From: an uncultured bacterium
GTDB taxonomy: Bacteria > Patescibacteriota > Minisyncoccia > CAIUEV01
Direction: 5' to 3'
DNA: 64,000 nucleotides
Assembly: GCA_937952315.1 (NCBI GenBank)
Contig: CALFZX010000010.1
Location: 5,047 to 69,046 of the forward strand
The position numbers were made by a program, and so were the translations under genes. The notes beneath the pieces were generated by a model. The model made no database searches. It was not told the DNA's origin and worked only from the letters and a program-made list of their open reading frames with translations. This document shows, one piece after another, positions 42,294-51,367 of this stretch (its first letter is position 1; each line of letters starts with the position of its first letter).

Positions 42294-43972
42294 TTATTGA
42301 GGATTTAATGAAGATTTTAGCTCAACCTTCTGAAAATGAGAATGTTGAGTTTAAAGAAGCAAAGAATAGTTTTTCAGTACTAGGAAGGGACAATAAACGA
42401 GGTAAAAAAAATCGTAAGTCGATTTATGGCTATTCTGTTGCCATCGGCAACGAAGGTGGCGGACACTTAATCTTAGGAGTTAAGGACAAAATAAATAAAA
42501 AAACCGGTAGACGAGATATCGTTGGCACAAAGGCCATTCAAAACATAACCCAAACCAAAGAAAAATTGTACGAGGCTTTAGGAAGAAGAGTCGAAATTCA
42601 AACCCTAAAGACCCCGGAGGGGACTGTTCAGGTGATAGAAATACCAGCACATCCGGTAGGGGGAACTTTTAAATTTTACAATGTTCCATTGATGAGAAAT
42701 GGTGAAAATCTAGTTCCTATGGATGACGAGACTCTCAAAAAAATATTAACTGAAAATAGAGAAGACTTTTCTGCAAAATTAAATCTCTCAGCAAATTTTG
42801 ATGATTTAGACCCAAAATTACTTAGAATTTTAAAGGACAAGTATATCCTAAAATCGGGGAACAAGGAGCTAAAAGAAGTTTCTCATAAAGATATTTTGCA
42901 AAAATTACTTTTAGTAAGAAAAGATAAAATAACAAATGCTTGTTTGTTGTTAGTAGGAAAAGAAGATTCTTTGGCTAGATTAATTCCCAACCATGAAATA
43001 TTTTTAGAATGGCGTTCAGATGAGCACAAACTTGAATTTGAAAATCGCTACACAACAAGAAAAGCCTATCTATCAGTCGAAGCTGAAATATGGAAATATG
43101 TTAACGCTCGTAATGTTCGCGTTCCTTTTAAACAGGGCTTTTTTGAGATGGATATTTGGGCATACGATAAAAATAGCGTAAGAGAATCGGTTTTGAATGC
43201 TTTTGCTCACAGAGAATATGATAATCGGACAGAGCCTGTCTATGTGCGCTTGTCTCCGAGCAATTTGTCCATAAAAAGTCCCGGAGGTTTTGTCTCCGGT
43301 GTGTCAGTAGAAAATATTTTAGATGTTGAAGGAAAGTGGAGAAATCCATTTTTGATGGATGTACTGAGCCGCATAGGTTTAGTGGAAAGGGCTGGAATCG
43401 GACTGGATCGAATTTACAAAAAAACTATTTCTGATGGAAAGGGTTTGCCGAATTTTGACGGGACTGACAATGATCAAGTTATTTTAAATATTCCCGCCAT
43501 TGTTAAAGATCCCGGCTTTATTTATTATTTAGAAAAAATTAATCAAAAAAACCAGCTTTTTTCATCAACAAAGGATTTTATCGAGTTGGAAAAAATAAGA
43601 GGAACCGGAATCCCTGAGGATAAGAATAGACTAAAATATTTTCTGAAAAACAATATTATAGAGAAAATTAATCATGGCAGGGGTACCAGGTATATCCTAG
43701 CAAAGAATTTTTATGAATTTATTGAGGGTAAAGGCGAATACACAAGAAAAAAATGGCTTAGCAAAGAACAGCAGAAAGAAGTGCTTTTAAATTATTTTAT
43801 TCAGCATAAAGAAGGCAGAATGTCGGACTTCAAGGAGCTTTTTGAGGATAAGTTGAATAAAATTCAAATTAATATTTTACTAAACAAACTCAGAGACGAA
43901 GAAATGATTTATTTCGACGGTAAGGAGAGATCAAGCAAAGCATACTGGCGCTTAAGGAAAAATACAGAGTAA
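42290..43972 (+). CDS. AlbA_2/Schlafen-domain protein with HATPase-like (RecG_C-type) region and wHTH
   Basis: ENENVEFKEA, AIGNEGGGHLILGVKD, RESVLNAFAHREY, SPGG, RNP and VERAGIG; 4-nt ATGA overlap with the helicase stop. Confidence 0.88.
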   Translation: MIIEDLMKILAQPSENENVEFKEAKNSFSVLGRDNKRGKKNRKSIYGYSVAIGNEGGGHLILGVKDKINKKTGRRDIVGTKAIQNITQTKEKLYEALGRRVEIQTLKTPEGTVQVIEIPAHPVGGTFKFYNVPLMRNGENLVPMDDETLKKILTENREDFSAKLNLSANFDDLDPKLLRILKDKYILKSGNKELKEVSHKDILQKLLLVRKDKITNACLLLVGKEDSLARLIPNHEIFLEWRSDEHKLEFENRYTTRKAYLSVEAEIWKYVNARNVRVPFKQGFFEMDIWAYDKNSVRESVLNAFAHREYDNRTEPVYVRLSPSNLSIKSPGGFVSGVSVENILDVEGKWRNPFLMDVLSRIGLVERAGIGLDRIYKKTISDGKGLPNFDGTDNDQVILNIPAIVKDPGFIYYLEKINQKNQLFSSTKDFIELEKIRGTGIPEDKNRLKYFLKNNIIEKINHGRGTRYILAKNFYEFIEGKGEYTRKKWLSKEQQKEVLLNYFIQHKEGRMSDFKELFEDKLNKIQINILLNKLRDEEMIYFDGKERSSKAYWRLRKNTE

Positions 43973-44075
43973 CTGTGTTTTTTCGAATAATTTTAATTAT
44001 TTTGGCTTAATAAAGCCAAATGATCAATAACCTAAAATACAGACCAAATACAGTTTTAAAATTAATTAAGAATCA

Positions 44076-47000
44076 ATGAGCGAATCCAGGCAAATTCTAG
44101 AAACTATAATTAATGATTTTTCCGTTGATAAATTTAGCCGGTTTTTTCGGGAAAAAAATCGCAATTTTGTTGTGCGAGAAGAAAATTACACTCGTTACGA
44201 TGATGATAATTTTAAGGATGGATTGAAAATCGGAGAAATAAATTTTTCTGAAATTGAGAAAATTATTGTTTGCTCTTTTAAAGTCAAAAATAGTTTATCT
44301 GAACGATCGGGCAAAAGAGCCCAATATGAAAAAGCTAAAAACATATTAAAATCAAACGAAAATCGCATCTTTTCTGCCGGTATTTTTATTTTTTATGATA
44401 AAGATGGCCACTTCCGCTTTTCTCTTGTCTATCCTGAGAGCATAGGCACAAAAAGACAGTGGAGTCACTTTAAGCGATTTACATATTTTGTTAATAAGGA
44501 ACTAACCAACAAAACTTTTTTGAAGCAGATTGGGGAGAAAAAGATTGAATCCGTTGATGAAATCAAAGAAGCTTTCTCAATCTCCGCGGTTACAAACTTG
44601 TTCTATGATGATTTTTTCAAGATATACGATACGATTATTCAGGAAACAAAAAAAATCAATGATATAGATGACGACAACTTATCGAGAGAATTCGTTCTTC
44701 TTTTTGCCATAAGAACTATTTTTCTCGGCTTTATCCAAAAGAGAAAATGGCTAGGTGGTGACGAAAAATTTATTGAAAATTTTTATAGAGAGTATTCAAG
44801 CTCAAACAAAAAGAACGAATTTTATTCAAACTGGCTCTGTCCTTTATTTTTTGAAGCGCTGAATTCAAGTCCCGGTCATAAAGTTGAGTACGGAAAAAAC
44901 AATTTTTCAAAAGAAACCGAACTGAAATTGCAAATGGCTCCTTTTTTGAATGGCGGGCTTTTTAAGGAAAAAAGAGGCTATGACAATAACGGTTGGATTA
45001 TTCCGGACGAACAGATAAAATCTTTTTTTGAATTTCTTTTTTCGCACAGCTTTACGATAGAAGAAAATGCTCTTGACGATGAGGATCTACAGCTTAATCC
45101 GGAGTTCTTGGGAATTATTTTTGAAAGACTTGTCAACAAAGCTGATGGAGCAGTCTATACACAAAGAATGGAAGTTGATATAATGTGTCGATGGAGCCTA
45201 ATCAAATGGTTAGAAAAAAATCTCGATTCATCCATTAGCAAAAAAAATCTTTATGAACTTTTTTTTAGGGAAAGCGGGGAGGATGAAGATGAGAAAAAAG
45301 GAAGTTTCTCAAAAAAGGAGGCGATGATGATTCTTGAAAAACTGGAGCAACTTTCTATTTGTGATCCGGCGGCGGGATCGGGAGCTTTTCTGGTTGGAAT
45401 GATGCAAGTTTTAGATGAAGTCGAACAATCTTTAAAGGAGCGTTACGGATTAAATGGGAGAAATGTTTTTGAAAGAAAAAAACAAATTATTAAAAACTCT
45501 CTTTACGGTGTCGAAGCCAAAGAATGGGCGGTTTGGATCTGCCAACTAAGGCTTTGGCTTTCTTTGTTTATCGATACGCCCGAAGAAATGAAAAATTCAA
45601 TGGAAGCAATTTTGCCGAGTTTAGATTTCAAGGTTCGAAGAGGCGATTCTTTGGTTCAAAGAGTCGGTTCAAAGAGCTTTCCGGTCGCGGGTAGAAATTT
45701 AAGTTTGAGCACGAATAACAAAATAAAAATAACAAAACTCAGAAAATATAAAATCGATTATTTCGACAATAAAATCAAGCTGCTAAAAAATGATTTCGAT
45801 GTCTGCGCTCACCGCGAATTATCAATCTATGAAAGTATTATTGATGAAGAAATCAAGACAAAAAAAGATGAAATTAAAAAAGAGAAAAATATAAAAATAT
45901 CTGAGACAATGACGCTGCTGCCCTCTTTAGGCTATCTGCAAGAACAACAACAAGCCACTCTTCAATTGGATAATAAAGAAAAAATAGAAAGATTAGAAAA
46001 GGAAATTAAAGACTTACTAGAACAAAAAGAATTATTAAAAAAAGGCAAACCATTGGTTTGGAACATAGAATTCGCTGATATTTTTTGGGGCGATAAGAAA
46101 GGCTTTGATATTGTTATCGGGAACCCTCCCTATGTTCGTCAGGAATCAATTGAAGATCCGATGGGAAAAGTTAAAGATAAAAAAGAGTATAAAAAATATC
46201 TTCAAGAGATGGTACGGCTTGATTTCCCCAATGATTTTCCACCAAAAAAGAAAATCAACGCCCAATCGGATCTTTATACTTATTTTTATATTCGCGGATT
46301 AAAAATTCTTAATTCTCAGGGAGTTCACGCCTTCATCTGCTCCAATTCTTGGTTGGATGTCGGCTACGGAACTTGGCTTCAAGAGTTCTTGCTTAAACGC
46401 TGCCCAGTTGATTTAATTATAGACAATCACGCCAAGCGTAGTTTTGGTGCCGCCGATGTGAACACAATTATTTCGATTATCCATGCTCCTCAAAAAAAAG
46501 TGGATGAAAATCATTTGGTAAAGTTCACGGCCTTCAAAAAACCTTTTGAAAAGGTTATTTTTACGAATAATCTTTTAGAAATAGAAGAGGCTAAGCAAGT
46601 CTTGAACAACGAAAATTTTCGAGTCTATCCGATTTCAATCAAAGATTTGAAGGAGGCGGGAACGGAATATGAAGATAAAACATTGGTTAAGACGGGAAAA
46701 TACGTCGGCGACAAATGGGGCGGTAAATATCTCCGCGCCCCTGATATTTTCTTTACGATTTTGGAAAAAGGAAAGGATAAATTAGTAAAATTAAGGGATG
46801 TGGCGGACGTTCGTTTTGGCATTAAGACTGGTGCCAATGATTTTTTTTATTTGACGAAATCCAAAGCTAAAGAATGGGGAATTGAGGAGGAATTTTTAAA
46901 GCCGGTCATCAAGAGTCCGAGAGAGTGCAAAAGTATTTTAGTCAATCCGAAGGATTTGAAATATAAAATTTTTATGTGTAACAAAAGCAAAGAAGAGCTC

Positions 47001-47594
47001 AAAGGAACAAACGCTTTGAAGTATATTGAGTGGGGAGAGGTGAAGGGCTTTGATGAGCGTCCAAGCTGTGGAAGTAGACGAATGTGGTGGAATTTAGGAC
47101 TGGTTGATTCTAAAATTGTGTACCCATCGACATATAATCCTGTATTTAAAATTTTTTTTAATACAGAAAAATATCCAGTTGATAAAGTATTCTACGGCAT
47201 TGAGTCAAATAAACCAGAGAACTTAATTGTTTCAGTTGTCAGCTATTTATTTACTTTACAAACAGAAGTTTATGGATATGCACTAGTCGGTGGCGGAGGA
47301 TTATTTATGACAGTAGAAAATCTTGGTCGCATCCTTGTTTTTTATGACAAAAAAATAAAAAACGATCCTTCAGTGTATAGTAAGATTCGGAAATCAATCT
47401 TTGAAGAATGTGGAATCGACCCGAAGTCTGAGATTCCGATTGAGGAGCAGGAGCCGAATCCGTTACCTGATCGGGCGGAGTTGGATAAAATTGTTTTTGA
47501 TGCGCTGGGATTAACCACAGAAGAACGCAAAGAAGTTTATCGGGCTGTTTGCCGGTTGGTTTGGAACCGCATCAGTAAGGCGAAGAGTGTATAA
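44076..47594 (+). CDS. Eco57I/type IIG-like amino-methyltransferase with C-terminal target recognition domain
   Basis: PFLNGGLF, LGIIFE, motif I CDPAAGSGAF, motif IV IGNPPY, DLYTYF and ICSNSWL; gamma-class motif order. Confidence 0.92.
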   Translation: MSESRQILETIINDFSVDKFSRFFREKNRNFVVREENYTRYDDDNFKDGLKIGEINFSEIEKIIVCSFKVKNSLSERSGKRAQYEKAKNILKSNENRIFSAGIFIFYDKDGHFRFSLVYPESIGTKRQWSHFKRFTYFVNKELTNKTFLKQIGEKKIESVDEIKEAFSISAVTNLFYDDFFKIYDTIIQETKKINDIDDDNLSREFVLLFAIRTIFLGFIQKRKWLGGDEKFIENFYREYSSSNKKNEFYSNWLCPLFFEALNSSPGHKVEYGKNNFSKETELKLQMAPFLNGGLFKEKRGYDNNGWIIPDEQIKSFFEFLFSHSFTIEENALDDEDLQLNPEFLGIIFERLVNKADGAVYTQRMEVDIMCRWSLIKWLEKNLDSSISKKNLYELFFRESGEDEDEKKGSFSKKEAMMILEKLEQLSICDPAAGSGAFLVGMMQVLDEVEQSLKERYGLNGRNVFERKKQIIKNSLYGVEAKEWAVWICQLRLWLSLFIDTPEEMKNSMEAILPSLDFKVRRGDSLVQRVGSKSFPVAGRNLSLSTNNKIKITKLRKYKIDYFDNKIKLLKNDFDVCAHRELSIYESIIDEEIKTKKDEIKKEKNIKISETMTLLPSLGYLQEQQQATLQLDNKEKIERLEKEIKDLLEQKELLKKGKPLVWNIEFADIFWGDKKGFDIVIGNPPYVRQESIEDPMGKVKDKKEYKKYLQEMVRLDFPNDFPPKKKINAQSDLYTYFYIRGLKILNSQGVHAFICSNSWLDVGYGTWLQEFLLKRCPVDLIIDNHAKRSFGAADVNTIISIIHAPQKKVDENHLVKFTAFKKPFEKVIFTNNLLEIEEAKQVLNNENFRVYPISIKDLKEAGTEYEDKTLVKTGKYVGDKWGGKYLRAPDIFFTILEKGKDKLVKLRDVADVRFGIKTGANDFFYLTKSKAKEWGIEEEFLKPVIKSPRECKSILVNPKDLKYKIFMCNKSKEELKGTNALKYIEWGEVKGFDERPSCGSRRMWWNLGLVDSKIVYPSTYNPVFKIFFNTEKYPVDKVFYGIESNKPENLIVSVVSYLFTLQTEVYGYALVGGGGLFMTVENLGRILVFYDKKIKNDPSVYSKIRKSIFEECGIDPKSEIPIEEQEPNPLPDRAELDKIVFDALGLTTEERKEVYRAVCRLVWNRISKAKSV

Positions 47595-47705
47595 GATTTG
47601 ATTATCTAATATAATTATCGATTTCAGAGGAATTTAAATTGAATTTGTGAGCTTTAAATTAAAAATAAGATATTGTGTAAAGATCACAAGATTTTTTGTA
47701 AAAAC

Positions 47706-47959
47706 ACTTTAGAAAACATTAAACATCTTCTCATGATTCGGTGATGCTGAAGTCGGCCGATGTTTTGAGCAATGTGACGGAAATGATCGACGACTACGCG
47801 CGCTATCAGGATGAAGTTTTCGATCGCTTCAGAGGAACCAAAAAAGAGACGATTGCCCATTATTTAAGAGTAATTGAGGCGCTCAATTCGCGGTGGCCGG
47901 GAAATCCGTTGCGTAAAGATTTGGAGCGCGCTACCCGCGAGCTAAGCAGAATCAACTAG
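47706..47959 (+). pseudogene. 3' remnant of an HD-domain (Mesh1/SpoT-hydrolase-like) gene
   Basis: TLENIKHL, then a frameshift, then SHDSVMLKSADVLSN...FDRF. The KxAD-x-x-N motif is present but the upstream HD motif and start are missing. Confidence 0.65.
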
Positions 47960-48078
47960 AGACCGCAAGAAATCAAGGAAGGAATTGCAAAGCTATGAAA
48001 GAATGCTTTTGTAGGTCTTTCAACCTTCCCAAATCTTTTCTTTGAAGCTAGAAAAACATAAAAACCTCAGGGAATCCA

Positions 48079-48165
48079 ATGTATAATTGGTCAACAGACA
48101 CTCGAAAGCTCAAAAAAAATTACCTTCAATTCCTCCTATGGGAAAATAAGGGGGAAGTATTTTGA
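48079..48165 (+). pseudogene. 28-codon ORF MYNWSTDTRKLKKNYLQFLLWENKGEVF, probable internally deleted remnant of a small CPR protein
   Basis: Translated by hand. Both ends resemble a recalled ~60-aa CPR family (MYNWS...L.FLLW); the middle is absent. Confidence 0.5.
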
Positions 48166-48198
48166 GTCAAAAAAGATTATTCATTAAGTTTACTCAAT

Positions 48199-48231
48199 AA
48201 AAAAACCTCTCCGGACCGGGGTCGGGAGAGG
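48199..48231 (-). terminator. Intrinsic terminator of the 163-aa orphan gene
   Basis: CCTCTCC-(C)-GAC...GTC-(C)-GGAGAGG followed by T7 on the minus strand. Confidence 0.8.
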
Positions 48232-48264
48232 CGAGTAATTGTAGGAAGTCCACGATATTTAATT

Positions 48265-48756
48265 TTAGATGGATCTTTCGCCGATTCTGGTCAAAATTTC
48301 CAGCCTTTCTTCCAATAATGAAACTCTTTTTTCTCCCTCGTAAACAAGATCTTCGAGACTCATAATCAGCAGACCAAAATGCGGAGCAAAGATCCAGCTA
48401 TCGTATCCGGGAGGAAAAACTTCAAGAGAAGAATCGATTTTATCTTTAGCAAATAATCGAACAAAGTTTCCAGCTTCGTCCAAATACAATTTTCCATCCG
48501 GCAAATCAACCAAAAAAATACCCCCCGAGCCAGCAGGTTTTCGATCCAAAAATTGATATCGATCGATAAAGATATTCGGGTTGCCGTGCAGATGAAAAAG
48601 AAAATCAAGGTGGGGCTTGATCCTATCAATCAACAAATCGACGGTCACTTTGCATTGTTTTGCAAGCTTAAGACTCGAATCGTCCGGAAGAAACCTCAAT
48701 AAATTTAAAACTCGAAAATTTAAAGTATTTAAATCAGACAAACTGATACCTGTCAT
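48265..48756 (-). CDS. Hypothetical protein (163 aa)
   Basis: GAGGAG SD, TGcTATAAT extended -10 promoter and its own terminator. Confidence 0.75.
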   Translation of the reverse strand: MTGISLSDLNTLNFRVLNLLRFLPDDSSLKLAKQCKVTVDLLIDRIKPHLDFLFHLHGNPNIFIDRYQFLDRKPAGSGGIFLVDLPDGKLYLDEAGNFVRLFAKDKIDSSLEVFPPGYDSWIFAPHFGLLIMSLEDLVYEGEKRVSLLEERLEILTRIGERSI

Positions 48757-48915
48757 TGCCTAACTCCTCTTTTAATATTTTCCCTTCAAAATTTTTGAAG
48801 GTTGAAGATGACTTAAATCAATTATTTTTTCGTGGCTTCCAACAATCAATTAAAGAACTTTTTATTGAGGCCAACATTATAGCAAGTTTTGTAGCAAGTC
48901 AAGAATTTTTTAGGC

Positions 48916-50001
48916 CTAGCGAGTTATTTCAAAGGTCTCCACTTCTTCCTTCAGTTTTCTGGCCTTATCGTTTTGGCGAAAATATTCACGCACGGGCTCA
49001 ATTATTTCATCGAGATAGGTAACTAAATTATTTTTGAGATCCAGCGGGTAAATCTCACCCGATTGGTAAAGTTTTTCCAGCTCGGCGTAAGAGTTGACTG
49101 TTATGTTGCCGCCGAATTTTTCTTCGCGATGGACAACCACCTGTGAATGCTTGAGGAAAACAATGTAGCGGAAATATTCCAGAACGGGGTTTAGCTCGAT
49201 TTCATTGGGCGGACAATAAGCTTTTCCGATTTTTTCGGCAATCTCCTCGCGAGTATCCGTCATAAAGACGGCTGAATCGGGTTTTGATTTTGACATTTTG
49301 AGAGCAATCGTCTGCTCGATTTTATCTTCTCCCTCCTTCAACTGATCCACCGGTGGCTTTAAGCTGATTAACATGTGATGATGAACGGCCGCCGGTTTTT
49401 CGAGTCCCAAAGCGGGAGCGATTTGACGGGCCAGCATGTTGACTTTTCGTTGATCCATGCCCAGTTGAGCGATATCAACGCCTAGAAAAAAAATATCGGC
49501 CGCCTGCATGGCCGGATAAAAAATTTGCGCAGCCGTTAAATTATCTGACTCTTTTCGTCCCATAATTTGAGAGCAACGAATAATGCGCTTTAGTGTGGTC
49601 TCTTTGGCAATTTTCAGAACGCTAAACCAATAGCCCGGTTTTTCCACTAGATCGGAAGCCCAAATGAATTCAATGCCTTTGGTGTCAAGACCGCACGCCT
49701 TCCAAACTTCAATGAAATAGCGACCGGTTTGCTGAATTTTTTTCAGATCCCCGCCCAGTTTGTTATTGGCGTAGGCATGCCAGTCGGCAATCAAAACTTT
49801 AAAGTGGATGCCGGCCTTAATAAGTTTTTGAATTGTCATAGCGCGAACAAAACCTTGAGCGACATGAATCCGACCGGAGGGCTCAAAACCGTCGTACGCA
49901 ACAAGTTTTTTCCCCTGTTTTATTTTCTCTTCAATCTCCGAGAGACCAATTATCTCCTCGCCCACTTCCTGAATCAGTTTTATTTTTTCTTCGGTAGTCA
50001 T
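48916..50001 (-). CDS. tyrS: Tyrosine--tRNA ligase, archaeal/eukaryotic type
   Basis: AYDGFEPSGRIHVAQG, IADWHA, YPAMQAAD, LGMDQRKVNMLAR, KMSKS and KAYCPP; 361 aa with no S4 domain. Confidence 0.95.
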   Translation of the reverse strand: MTTEEKIKLIQEVGEEIIGLSEIEEKIKQGKKLVAYDGFEPSGRIHVAQGFVRAMTIQKLIKAGIHFKVLIADWHAYANNKLGGDLKKIQQTGRYFIEVWKACGLDTKGIEFIWASDLVEKPGYWFSVLKIAKETTLKRIIRCSQIMGRKESDNLTAAQIFYPAMQAADIFFLGVDIAQLGMDQRKVNMLARQIAPALGLEKPAAVHHHMLISLKPPVDQLKEGEDKIEQTIALKMSKSKPDSAVFMTDTREEIAEKIGKAYCPPNEIELNPVLEYFRYIVFLKHSQVVVHREEKFGGNITVNSYAELEKLYQSGEIYPLDLKNNLVTYLDEIIEPVREYFRQNDKARKLKEEVETFEITR

Positions 50002-50050
50002 AGTTTAGATTAAAAGCTATCTTCAAGCTATAATAATTTAATAATCTTGG

Positions 50051-50083
50051 AAAATAAAAAACCTCGACTGTAATAAGCCGAGG
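50051..50083 (-). terminator. Intrinsic terminator of the M16 peptidase gene
   Basis: CCUCGGCU-loop-AGUCGAGG followed by a U-tract on the minus strand. Confidence 0.8.
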
Positions 50084-50101
50084 CTTGGTTAAAAGAACGA
50101 T

Positions 50102-51367
50102 TTAGGGTTTTATTACTAAGGTCCAACGCATTTCCGGAACAACCCAACAAGCTAACTCGGAAAGCTCTTTCAAGTTTACTGAACTGATTTCTCTTTCCCA
50201 CTCATGATAAGTGGGAATCTTCCCGGTAGCGGCCATATGGTCCGCCGCCTGTTCACAAAGATCAACACCGGAAATGTCAATCAATTTCAGCTTTTGAAGG
50301 ACTTTTTTCTTCATTTGTTCAAACAAATCAGTATTATTTTGGATTTGGTTGAAACAACGAATGACTGTGGTTTCAATTTCATCAATGGCGTTAAGTGAAA
50401 GAGCGGGACATTCGACAACCAACTCTTGGACATCGCTTAAATAGTAGTTCCGAGCTGACATGGAATAAGTCCAAGATTTTTTCTCACGGACTTCTTGATG
50501 GAGAAGCTTGCCAATCATTTCTTTCAAAAAATAGACCGACCAACGCTTGGTTTTCCCGGGAAAACGGGCAACACTTCGGTATCCTCCGCTGTTGGTCAGA
50601 CTTTCCTCCGCTGATTCGTAGTATTTTGATAAGCTGAAAAGATGAAAATTTTCTTTGGGCTTCTTAAACTCTTCCAGAGCAACGGGGAGAAGGTTTCTAT
50701 TTCCGGATTTTTCCTGAGCCAAATTGCTTCGAAAAAGAAGATCCATCAGCTCGTAAATTTTCAGTCCGCCGGTTGAAACAATGCTGATATTTTTCGGTAC
50801 ATAATTTCGATCGTAAAAATCTTTCAACTTTTCCTTATTTATTTCTTTAACCGATTCACGAAGACCCAAAGGAGAAACTGAACGAGAACGGAAGTATTCG
50901 GGATAAAGGCTTTGTCTCTCAAGAAGGGCGAGGTGATACTTGTGTTCCATGCTAAAGTAACGATCAAATTCGGCAAGAACAATTTGACGATTGCTTTCCA
51001 AGTCGGCGTCGAGCGCGTTTTCAAAAATCATTCTGCCGAAAAGATTAAAACTATCGATCATAAATTTTTGATTGGTCGGGCCAAAAAAACTGTAAATCGT
51101 TGCCGCATAGCTGGTTCTACCCAAATTTACCGAGCCCCCGAAATAATCAAATTTTTTTTCAATCTCCTTTCGATTAAAACCGGAACTTTCCGAAATCAGG
51201 TGTTCCACGAAATGAGCCGTTCCCTCGGCGCCAAACGGATCGGCGTCGCTACCGCTGTGCACTACCAAAAAAACCATTTGCCAGGGCCGATTCGGCCAGT
51301 AAGCTGAATGAAGCTCCAGACCGTTTGGAAAAATTGCATGGCTAAATTCACTCAACGGATCCCACAT
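50102..51367 (-). CDS. M16 (insulinase-family) zinc peptidase
   Basis: GTAHFVEH inverted zincin motif, YVPKNI and LHQEVREKK.WTY; start moved to the ATG at 51367, behind an AGGAGG. Confidence 0.88.
   Translation of the reverse strand: MWDPLSEFSHAIFPNGLELHSAYWPNRPWQMVFLVVHSGSDADPFGAEGTAHFVEHLISESSGFNRKEIEKKFDYFGGSVNLGRTSYAATIYSFFGPTNQKFMIDSFNLFGRMIFENALDADLESNRQIVLAEFDRYFSMEHKYHLALLERQSLYPEYFRSRSVSPLGLRESVKEINKEKLKDFYDRNYVPKNISIVSTGGLKIYELMDLLFRSNLAQEKSGNRNLLPVALEEFKKPKENFHLFSLSKYYESAEESLTNSGGYRSVARFPGKTKRWSVYFLKEMIGKLLHQEVREKKSWTYSMSARNYYLSDVQELVVECPALSLNAIDEIETTVIRCFNQIQNNTDLFEQMKKKVLQKLKLIDISGVDLCEQAADHMAATGKIPTYHEWEREISSVNLKELSELACWVVPEMRWTLVIKP

Noticed and set aside
43965-44060. Possible integron attC site (TAAC...GTT inverted ends)
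   Set aside because: The ends do not fit RYYYAAC/GTTRRRY, and there is no second attC and no integrase.
38800-48200. Calling the defence island a prophage, ICE or transposon
   Set aside because: No integrase, transposase, phage gene or flanking direct repeat was seen, and neither tRNA 3' end is visibly duplicated.
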